Source: an uncultured Dehalococcoidia bacterium (lineage in GTDB: Bacteria; Chloroflexota; Dehalococcoidia; SM23-28-2). From it: a stretch of DNA of 27,488 bases. The stretch lies in the NCBI GenBank assembly GCA_964606995.1, contig CAZSHQ010000001.1, positions 1-27,488 on the forward strand. Direction: 5' to 3'. The position numbers were made by a program, and so were the translations under genes. The first letter of the stretch is position 1. Each line of letters opens with the position of its first letter. The notes under the pieces were generated by a model. That model searched no databases and was not told where the DNA came from. It worked only from the letters and a program-made list of their open reading frames with translations. This document shows positions 9,802 through 16,771 of the stretch, one piece after another.

Positions 9802-11135
9802 GCAGAGTGAGCGAGCGGAAGGCGACGGCTGCCCAAGAGGGCTTCAGTGGCCCTGACGGCCCCAGCCTTCAGGACATCCTGCGCTGCGTTCACTGCGGCC
9901 TCTGCCTCAACCACTGCCCCACCTACATCGAGCTAGGCCTGGAGACGGAGTCGCCCCGCGGCAGGCTCTACCTCATACGTGCGGTGAGCCAGGGGCGTAT
10001 CCCCGTCACCGAGAACGTCGTCCGTCACCTCGACCTCTGCCTGCAATGCCGCAACTGCCAGGCCGTTTGCCCTTCCGGCGTCCGCTTCGGCCAGATCATG
10101 GAAGAAGCGAGGGCCGAGATCCTGCGCGACGGCCGCCGAGCCCCCGCATCCTGGCTGGCCAGCCGCCTCGTCCTCCGACTCTTCTTCTCTCACCCCCAGC
10201 GCCTTCGCTACCTGATGACTGCCCTGGATCTCTACCAGCGTTCCGGCGTCCAGGGCCTGCTACGCCGCTCCCGTCTTCTGAGCCTTCTGCCTGGCCCCTG
10301 GCGAGGCCTGGAGCAATTGCTGCCCCGGGTTTCGGCCCGTCCCTTCACTGCTCGAGGCGTCGTCGGCAGCCCCGCAGGTGATCCGCCCAAGTTCAGGGTA
10401 GCCCTCCTATCCGGCTGCATGATGCCCTATATCTTCGCCCACGTGCACGAGGCCACCGTCCGCTTGCTGGTGCGCCACGGCTGTGAGGTAATAGTACCGC
10501 CAGAGCAGGTCTGCTGCGGCGCGCTCCACCTCCACATCGGCGACCGCCAGGAAGCCAGACGGCTCGCCCGCCGCAACATCGATGTCTTCCTCGCTGAGAA
10601 CGTCGATGCCATCATCGTCGACGTGGCCGGCTGCGGCGCAGCCATGAAGGAATACGGCGAGCTACTGAAGGACGACCCTCGCTACGCCGAGAGGGCCAAT
10701 CGCTTCAGCGCCCTGGTCAAGGATGTGAACGAATTCCTGGCAGACCTGCCCCTGAGCGATGGTCTGGGCCCCCTGCACCAGAGGGTCACCTACCAGGACC
10801 CTTGCCACCTACTCCACGCTCAAGGCATCAGTTCCCAGCCCAGGGCCCTCCTTCAGGCCATCCCCGGCCTGGAGCTGGTGGAAATGAGCCACCCAGATCA
10901 GTGTTGCGGCAGCGCCGGTCTGTACAACATCATCCACCCTCGGATGGCCCAGCGCCTGCTGCGGCGGAAGATGAGGGATGTGGCGGCCACCGGCGCCCAG
11001 GTCATCGCCACCGCCAATGCCGGCTGCGCCCTCCAACTGGAGGCCGGCCTGAGGCGCTACGGCCTGTCGGGAAGGGTCGCCCACGTGGTGGAGCTCCTAG
11101 ACGAGTCTTATCGAAAGGGCGACCGTCCAGCATAA
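9798..11135 (+). CDS. glcF: glycolate oxidase iron-sulfur subunit
   Basis: Two ferredoxin motifs (CVHCGLCLNHCP, CLQCRNCQAVCP) and two CCG domains (QVCCGA, QCCGSAG). ATGA overlap with glcE. Confidence 0.9.
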   Translation: MSRVSERKATAAQEGFSGPDGPSLQDILRCVHCGLCLNHCPTYIELGLETESPRGRLYLIRAVSQGRIPVTENVVRHLDLCLQCRNCQAVCPSGVRFGQIMEEARAEILRDGRRAPASWLASRLVLRLFFSHPQRLRYLMTALDLYQRSGVQGLLRRSRLLSLLPGPWRGLEQLLPRVSARPFTARGVVGSPAGDPPKFRVALLSGCMMPYIFAHVHEATVRLLVRHGCEVIVPPEQVCCGALHLHIGDRQEARRLARRNIDVFLAENVDAIIVDVAGCGAAMKEYGELLKDDPRYAERANRFSALVKDVNEFLADLPLSDGLGPLHQRVTYQDPCHLLHAQGISSQPRALLQAIPGLELVEMSHPDQCCGSAGLYNIIHPRMAQRLLRRKMRDVAATGAQVIATANAGCALQLEAGLRRYGLSGRVAHVVELLDESYRKGDRPA

Positions 11136-11386
11136 TTCCCAGTCGTGAGTGGAAGCCGAGGCCCAGGTCATGCTTCCGGGCTAGGCTTGATCCCAGCCGA
11201 TTCAGCAAGCCAAAGAGCCACACTACGCTTTTTCACCCTCTTTTAACCCCCCAAAGCGCCCCTATTCACCACGAAGCCGGCCCTTTGTTCGTCTTACTTA
11301 GTGAAGGAGGAATAGCAGCGATTTGCTGGGCGCTACCTCAAAGGTTGCCCAGGGTTATGGAAAGTTCCCCCTGGCAGCAGGTTTTA

Positions 11387-11415
11387 CGTAACGAGGAGCC
11401 CTCTTCTCGCGTCTG
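11387..11415 (+). promoter_or_regulatory. Putative autoregulatory ECF-sigma promoter
   Basis: CGTAAC (11387-11392), 17 nt, CGTCTG (11410-11415). The same motif occurs twice upstream of flp. Confidence 0.65.
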
Positions 11416-11565
11416 AATATGTGGCGGAACAAGTGTTAGTGAGCGTGGGCTCACACACTAGCGAATCTCCCGGGTCCCTGCCCTCCCAAGGGATTCGGAG
11501 GTAGCGACTGGGGAGATGAGTGCTGGCAAAGGCTGGCGGCGATTCACCGCCAGAGAACGGAAGGT

Positions 11566-12156
11566 ATGAACCTCCCTTTCATCGGCAGATCTTCGGCTGT
11601 AGCCGCCGACGAAAAAGAGGGGCGCGCAGAGCATGCGGCTCCCGGCCTCTCTCTGACGGACTTTTCTGCTCGCTACCGCCACTTCTACCCCAAGGTTTTT
11701 GCCTTCGTCTACGGTCGCGTCCAGGACAAAGAAGTGGCCCTGGACCTCGTCTCGGAAGTGTTTGAGAAGGCCTTTTCCAAGGGTTCCTCCCTGCGCTCCG
11801 ATGGAGCCTTTGAGGCCTGGCTATTCACCATCGCCCGCAACGCCGTAGCCAGCCACTGGCGCAAAGAGAAACCGGCAGCCAAGGCCCTGCACAGCGTCGC
11901 CTGGGAGTGGGAGCTCACACAGCATCATCGCGACCCCGAACAGACCCTCCTGGAACGTGAACAGATGGCGATCCTTGTCTATCATGTGCACCAGCTTTCC
12001 CAACGGGAGCAAGAGATCCTCTCTTTGAAGTTCGATGCTGAACTAAGCAATCAGCACATCGCCCGGGTTATGGGGACCAGCGAGGTTAACGTACGGGTTA
12101 CCCTCTACCGGGCGCTGCATAAGCTGCGAGATCGGATGAAGAGTGTGCCACAATGA
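11566..12156 (+). CDS. ECF family RNA polymerase sigma factor
   Basis: sigma2 'DLVSEVFEKAF...AWLFTIARN' and sigma4 'LSQREQEILSLKF...IARVMGTSEVNVRVTLYRAL', with no sigma3. ATGA overlap with the downstream gene. Confidence 0.92.
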   Translation: MNLPFIGRSSAVAADEKEGRAEHAAPGLSLTDFSARYRHFYPKVFAFVYGRVQDKEVALDLVSEVFEKAFSKGSSLRSDGAFEAWLFTIARNAVASHWRKEKPAAKALHSVAWEWELTQHHRDPEQTLLEREQMAILVYHVHQLSQREQEILSLKFDAELSNQHIARVMGTSEVNVRVTLYRALHKLRDRMKSVPQ

Positions 12157-13541
12157 ATGAAGACGAACGCGCCAAGAAGCTCTGCGATGCCATAGACGCC
12201 ATCCTCCAGGGCGAAGAGCCCAAGATGGAGCTGGATGACCAGGAGCTTATTGAGCTCCTGCGCATCGCCCGCTTGCGTCACCAGGCCGGTCAGGCTCTGG
12301 CCAATGTCGGTTTCACCTACCAGGAGCTGCTGCGGCGTGTCCTCCAGGCCCGTATCGTAGCCCGCCAGATGGAGGAGGGCGGTGAGAAAGCTGATGATCC
12401 GCCCCCAGAAGTGAGCAGCATTATGGACGAAGACCCAGGGCAGTTCCTCGACCCCCTGGATCCTGGCTATGGTAAGCTTGTCAACTTCCTGGACTTCCAG
12501 CCCAGGCCGGCGCACGCTGCTCCTCCCGTCCAAGCCACAGCCGTCCACACGCACCCGACCGTCGCCCGCCAGGCCCGGCCGCGAACGCTGATTCCCAGCT
12601 GGTCGCGCCGCAGCGACCGGAGCTCGAAGAAGGCGGAAACCCTTTCCGCTGCCCTCGACCGTCTCCTTTCCAGCCGAAAGCGCACCATCTCGGTGGGCGA
12701 CCCCGACATCGACGAGCTGGTCCAGGTAGCCCAACTGCGTCGGTTCGTCGGCCAAAGCCTGGCCGCCGCCGGCAGCCCTTACAAGAGACGGCTCTGGACA
12801 GTCCTGCGCATGCGCTTGGCTGCCTCTCTGCGCCGCCAGTCCTACGCTGCCCAGCGGCCCTCCGTCATCGCCGCCGTTGGCCGCTTGTCGTGGCAGCAGG
12901 CAGCAGCGGTAGCCGCTGGCATAGCCCTGTTGCTAGCTGCCCTGGGGCCCCTACCGGCCACAGGCTTCGCCGACCATCCCATAAACCACCTCCTCAACCT
13001 TGTGGAGCAACACGTGGGCGTAGAGGAGGTCGATGGGCCGCCTCCCAACGAAGTGCCCATGACGGCCACTGAGGAGCTTATCGCGCCAGAAGAAGCCGCG
13101 CATCGTTTCGGTCTTGCCGTTCGCCAGCCTTCCTATCTGCCCGAGCGTTTCCAACTGGCTCGCTCGAGCTACCATTCTCAAAGCGGCAGCACCCCCGAGC
13201 AAGGCATGCTCGTCCTCATCTACACCGTCGGTGGCACTGATCCCACAATCCTTGCCGATACAGATCCCCAACTGTTGATATACGAGGAGAGAGCGTCCTC
13301 TAACAGCGTGGCGGTGATGAATGGCCAGGCCGAGGACATAACCCTGGCAGGTCATGTGCCCGGCACCTATGCACCGGCCCTCTGGGCGATGGGGGACCAA
13401 GGGACCCTCGAGGGCACAGACGCCAGCGCTGAAAGCCTGATCTTCGACGACGACGACGTTCGGGTTATCATCACCTACAGGAACGGCGATCAAGAAAAAG
13501 AAGAACTCCTCCGCGTCGCTGAGTCGATGCTAAGCCAATAG
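12153..13541 (+). CDS. Putative anti-sigma factor: two tandem cytoplasmic helical domains, one TM helix, DUF4367-like extracytoplasmic domain
   Basis: Translationally coupled to the ECF sigma. TM at about aa 250-268. C-terminal 'EEAAHRFGLAVRQPSYLPERFQL' is DUF4367-like. Internal repeat at aa 1-68 and 159-222. Confidence 0.7.
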   Translation: MNEDERAKKLCDAIDAILQGEEPKMELDDQELIELLRIARLRHQAGQALANVGFTYQELLRRVLQARIVARQMEEGGEKADDPPPEVSSIMDEDPGQFLDPLDPGYGKLVNFLDFQPRPAHAAPPVQATAVHTHPTVARQARPRTLIPSWSRRSDRSSKKAETLSAALDRLLSSRKRTISVGDPDIDELVQVAQLRRFVGQSLAAAGSPYKRRLWTVLRMRLAASLRRQSYAAQRPSVIAAVGRLSWQQAAAVAAGIALLLAALGPLPATGFADHPINHLLNLVEQHVGVEEVDGPPPNEVPMTATEELIAPEEAAHRFGLAVRQPSYLPERFQLARSSYHSQSGSTPEQGMLVLIYTVGGTDPTILADTDPQLLIYEERASSNSVAVMNGQAEDITLAGHVPGTYAPALWAMGDQGTLEGTDASAESLIFDDDDVRVIITYRNGDQEKEELLRVAESMLSQ

Positions 13542-13583
13542 GAGACCTCAGGACACTTCGTCCTGACAGGCCCAAGACAAGCG

Positions 13584-13625
13584 AAGGGGCGGCCAGCGTG
13601 CTGGCCGCCCCTTTAGTTTATTCTT
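13584..13625. terminator. Strong hairpin terminator between convergent genes
   Basis: AAGGGGCGGCCAGC (13584-13597) / GCTGGCCGCCCCTT (13600-13613), followed by a T-rich tract on plus. Confidence 0.8.
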
Positions 13626-13645
13626 TCCCCTTTTAGCGCGTACGT

Positions 13646-13828
13646 TTAGTCTAGGTCCTCCCGCAGCCTTCTCTCCCTCATCATCTCGTACAGTAGATTC
13701 TCCACCACCATCAGCAGCAAAAGGACCGCCCGCTGCTGCCGCCGCGGCAGACGAGCCAAGAACTGCAACAGATCAGCGTCCACCTTCTCGGCCAGAGCAA
13801 CGCGGTTCTCACCGGTGTTGGCCATCAC
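13646..13828 (-). CDS. Small protein homologous to the C-terminal domain of the adjacent XRE regulator (SinI-like)
   Basis: 20/31 ungapped identity to the XRE C-terminus (VDADLLQFLARLPRRQQRAVLLLL vs VDPDLLRFLARLPRNRQRRLLLLL). Starts 2 nt after the XRE stop. Start is GTG 13828 or ATG 13825. Confidence 0.8.
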   Translation of the reverse strand: MMANTGENRVALAEKVDADLLQFLARLPRRQQRAVLLLLMVVENLLYEMMRERRLREDLD

Positions 13829-13830
13829 CC

Positions 13831-14250
13831 CTAATCCCGCCGGCTGGACAACCTGGAATCCTGGCTAGCCGATCCCTCTCCCTCTCCCCCTCCCCGCGTG
13901 TCCTCCACCAGGTGCTCCATGCCCTCCAGCAAGAGGAGCAAACGCCGTTGCCGGTTACGAGGCAGGCGGGCCAGGAAGCGCAGAAGATCCGGGTCCACGT
14001 TGGCCTCATAGCCCTCGTAGACCTGCTTCAGAGTGCGCACCGTCGGGTAGCCAGCGGCCTCGAACAGATCGTCGGCGTCCACGTGTATGGCCTGAGCAAC
14101 CCTAAGGATGACGGCGGCACTGGGATTCCGCACGTCCCCGTTCTCCAACTGAGATAGGTAACCCTGGCTGACAGCAGCCTCACCGGCTAGCTGCCCCTGA
14201 GTAAAACCTATCTCCTCGCGTAGTTCCCGAATCCTTTTGCCTAGCTCCAT
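13831..14250 (-). CDS. XRE/SinR-like helix-turn-helix transcriptional regulator (xre1)
   Basis: 'LGKRIRELRE.G.TQ.QLA..A.VSQGYLSQLE....NPS' HTH_3 pattern plus a C-terminal helical domain. Confidence 0.9.
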   Translation of the reverse strand: MELGKRIRELREEIGFTQGQLAGEAAVSQGYLSQLENGDVRNPSAAVILRVAQAIHVDADDLFEAAGYPTVRTLKQVYEGYEANVDPDLLRFLARLPRNRQRRLLLLLEGMEHLVEDTRGGGEGEGSASQDSRLSSRRD

Positions 14251-14279
14251 ATTCCCACCGCCTCTATGAGCGTGCTGAC

Positions 14280-14308
14280 ATTCTCACCCTTTTTCTCAAA
14301 TTTGTCAA
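14280..14308 (-). promoter_or_regulatory. Leftward sigma70-type promoter (xre1 and mini-gene)
   Basis: On minus: TTGACA (14308-14303), 17 nt, GAGAAT (14285-14280). Confidence 0.45.
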
Positions 14309-14316
14309 TACAACTC

Positions 14317-14345
14317 TTGACAGTAACTCAATATTGATATATTAA
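14317..14345 (+). promoter_or_regulatory. Rightward sigma70-type promoter with palindromic spacer
   Basis: TTGACA (14317-14322) followed by AT-rich TG-a-TATATT/TATTAA (14335-14345). Perfect palindrome TCAATATTGA (14328-14337) lies in the spacer. Confidence 0.6.
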
Positions 14346-14425
14346 TAGGTTGGTTTAGAAGTTCCTTTCAAGAACGGTCTACACCATATACTCGGTAATC
14401 TTGTCCAAAGGAGGTGGTTGAGAGG

Positions 14426-14635
14426 GTGAACAACAAAGCTGACAAGCTCTGCCGCGCCATCGATGACCTTCTCCTGCCTCATCCTCGCAAGACCTTGGTG
14501 GTAGAGCCTGAGGCTCAAGAGTTGCTCCGGCTGGCCCACCTCCGCCGTGAGGCCGGCCGCAGGATTGCTGCCATAGGCGCCTCTCGGCTGGAGAAAAGCT
14601 GGCAACAGCTGGAAGCAACTCTGCGGGTCCGATAG
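14426..14635 (+). CDS. Small stand-alone copy of the anti-sigma cytoplasmic domain
   Basis: SD AAGGAGGTG precedes GTG 14426. Ungapped identity is 24/63 to repeat 1 and 23/63 to repeat 2 of the 12153 protein. Confidence 0.78.
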   Translation: MNNKADKLCRAIDDLLLPHPRKTLVVEPEAQELLRLAHLRREAGRRIAAIGASRLEKSWQQLEATLRVR

Positions 14636-14679
14636 CCCCGGCCCTACCGGCCGCAAGCGGCCAAAGGAGGTGATAGCCC

Positions 14680-15036
14680 ATGAAGATCTGGCGAACGCCG
14701 CTCCTGCTCCTAGTAGCAGCCATTGCCCTCCTGGCGATCGCCGGCGGAGCGCTCCTGCTCCAGTCTTCGGACGAGGCCGAGGCGAAAATCGTCTCCGGCG
14801 ACTCCCTGTCTTGCAGCGCAGTGAGCCCTTCAGGCGACGCGCTTGTCGTCGCTCCTGACTCAGCCGGAACATCTCTGACAACCACTGATACTGCCGCCTC
14901 CTCAGCCCAGTGCTACTTTGCCGGCATTACCAGGTTCCCGAACGGTTGCGGTAGCCAGGACCTCTATGTCTTGAGATACCTGTGCTACGATCCAGCCAAA
15001 GACTGGTTCTACGTAAACTACATGTACTGCATGTAG
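14680..15036 (+). CDS. Small exported Cys/aromatic-rich hypothetical protein
   Basis: Perfect SD AAGGAGGTG. N-terminal MK plus hydrophobic stretch, then A-E-A. Cys at positions 45, 78, 90, 102 and 117. Confidence 0.7.
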   Translation: MKIWRTPLLLLVAAIALLAIAGGALLLQSSDEAEAKIVSGDSLSCSAVSPSGDALVVAPDSAGTSLTTTDTAASSAQCYFAGITRFPNGCGSQDLYVLRYLCYDPAKDWFYVNYMYCM

Positions 15037-15060
15037 CCCAGGCATCAGACCAACCCTCTC

Positions 15061-15090
15061 GGACGGCGGCGCCAGTTCCTGCCGCCGTCC
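15061..15090. terminator. Hairpin between convergent genes (likely bidirectional terminator)
   Basis: GGACGGCGGC (15061-15070) / GCCGCCGTCC (15081-15090), a perfect 10-bp stem. Confidence 0.6.
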
Positions 15091-15458
15091 TACTCTTTCC
15101 CTCCTTGACAATCGTCTTCCACTGCCAGCCGATCGCCCACAGTAGTCTCCGAGCGTGCGGCTGTGCCCGCCGCCACCTCCAGGGCATCCCGGGCCCCCCG
15201 GCCGCCCAAGGCCACCCGAAAGGGCCCGAGCGCCGGCGCCACCTTCACCACCTTGGCCTCCCCATCCAGAAAGATCACATCGATCGGAAAGCGCATAAGG
15301 AAGGTCTGCACCGACGAGCAGGGCGAAAGTAGCAGACCCTCCCCTTCCTTCAGACCGTGGCGCCCCATAAGGCCAACGAGCCGCGCCCAAAAGCTTTCCG
15401 CCTTCCGCGCATGCCCAGCCACGGTCGTTCCCTTGCTGACGTTTACAATCCTGGCCAC
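15090..15458 (-). CDS. DUF192 family protein
   Basis: 'AESFWARLVGLMGR...EGEGLLL.PC.SVQTFLMRFPIDVIFLD...LEV.AG' matches the DUF192 pattern. Last gene of the tad operon. Confidence 0.85.
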   Translation of the reverse strand: MARIVNVSKGTTVAGHARKAESFWARLVGLMGRHGLKEGEGLLLSPCSSVQTFLMRFPIDVIFLDGEAKVVKVAPALGPFRVALGGRGARDALEVAAGTAARSETTVGDRLAVEDDCQGGKE

Positions 15459-15473
15459 AGTGGAGATACGATA

Positions 15474-15845
15474 TCACTGGCTTGGCAGAGCGTCCAGCCG
15501 CTGCCCCATGCTCTCCAGCAGGAGCAGTATGTAGCGCTGCTGCTCCTGCGACAGGCCAGCCAAGAATCTTAGCAGGTCAGGGTCAACCCTAGCCTGGTAG
15601 TTGCTGTTGGCTTTGCTAAGGCCCCTGACCGGCGTATAGCCAGCCGCGTCCAGCAGCTCATGGGGATCCACATACAGGGCGCTCGCCAGGCGCAATAGGA
15701 TGGCGGCGCTAGGATTCTTAACTTCTTCCCTCTCCAACTGGCAGAGGTAGCCCTGGCTCACCTCCGCGCAACCGGCCAGTCGGGCCTGGCTTAGGCCCAT
15801 CTGCTCCCGCAGTTCGCGAATTCGTCTGCCTAGCCTCATCTCCAC
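15474..15845 (-). CDS. XRE/SinR-like transcriptional regulator (xre2), paralog of xre1
   Basis: Same HTH ('VSQGYLCQLE...NPSAA') and the same C-terminal 'VDPDLLRFLA' domain. Starts 17 nt after the tadC stop. Confidence 0.88.
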   Translation of the reverse strand: MEMRLGRRIRELREQMGLSQARLAGCAEVSQGYLCQLEREEVKNPSAAILLRLASALYVDPHELLDAAGYTPVRGLSKANSNYQARVDPDLLRFLAGLSQEQQRYILLLLESMGQRLDALPSQ

Positions 15846-15862
15846 GTCCCTCTGGCCCCCTA

Positions 15863-16765
15863 CTACAGCAGTTGCTCTCCTATCCGGATAACAGCCGGGC
15901 CCAAGATCACCAGCATAAAGGCAGGAAAGATGCAGATGACCAGTGGAAACATCATCTTGATCGGGGCTTCGTGCGCCAACTGCTCCGCCCGCTGCCGTCG
16001 ATGCGTCCGCATCTGGTCCGACTGCACCTTCAGCACATGGCCGATGCTCACCCCTAGCTGTTCGGCCTGGATGATGGCGTTGACAAAGGAGATGAGCTCT
16101 GGCACCCCCGTGCGCTGGCCCAGGTCGCTCAAGGCCTCCCGCCGCAAGCGCCCCATGCCCACCTCTCGCAGCGTCTGCGAAAGCTCCTTGGCCAGAGGAC
16201 CCTTCATCTGCTCACCGATCTTGGCCAGGGCAGCGTCCAGACCCAGCCCCGCCTCGACGCAGGTAGTGATTAGGTCCAGGGCATCGGGCAGGGTCTTGAT
16301 GATCAACCGCTGCCTCGACCGCACCGTTGTCCTCAGCCAGAACAAGGGCAGACTGAAGCCGATGATAGCCATCACCATCAGGCCCAGAAATCCCTGAGTG
16401 CTGATTCCCCCCAGAGTGGCAAGGGCAACGATAGTCAGCCCGGCGAAGAAAGCGATACAGACGGCCCAAAAGGTAACGAAGGTAGTAGCCGTCATAGAAC
16501 TGCCAGCCATGACGAGCGATTTCTGGATGCTAGCTAGGAAGTTGACCGGCAGCATTCCTGCCAGACCCTTACCGAAACCCTGAATAGTGGGGCGCAGTAT
16601 CCTATCGCTGAAGGGCAGGACCAGCTCCGACACGTCGCCGGCGGCCACCTGCCGTCGCAGCGTCTCCATGCGCATCTCCGTCACGCTCGTCCGCGGCCTC
16701 ACAAGGCCCAGCACCAGGAAGGCCACGGCAGCGAAAACGACGAAGGCGATCATCAGTGCAAACAT
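15863..16765 (-). CDS. tadC: Tad pilus inner-membrane platform protein (T2SS F family)
   Basis: 'LPDALDLITTCVEAGLGLDAAL', 'GVSIGHVL..QSDQMR..RRQRAEQLA.EAPIKMMFPL'. Confidence 0.9.
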   Translation of the reverse strand: MFALMIAFVVFAAVAFLVLGLVRPRTSVTEMRMETLRRQVAAGDVSELVLPFSDRILRPTIQGFGKGLAGMLPVNFLASIQKSLVMAGSSMTATTFVTFWAVCIAFFAGLTIVALATLGGISTQGFLGLMVMAIIGFSLPLFWLRTTVRSRQRLIIKTLPDALDLITTCVEAGLGLDAALAKIGEQMKGPLAKELSQTLREVGMGRLRREALSDLGQRTGVPELISFVNAIIQAEQLGVSIGHVLKVQSDQMRTHRRQRAEQLAHEAPIKMMFPLVICIFPAFMLVILGPAVIRIGEQLL

Positions 16766-16771
16766 CTGCTG

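Noticed and set aside
14361-14375. GTTC-N7-GAAC inverted repeat resembling a SinR box or a LexA box
   Set aside because: The 4-bp half-sites are weak, there is a single occurrence, and the orientation and spacing differ from GAAC-N4-GTTC. The xre recognition helix also differs from that of B. subtilis SinR.
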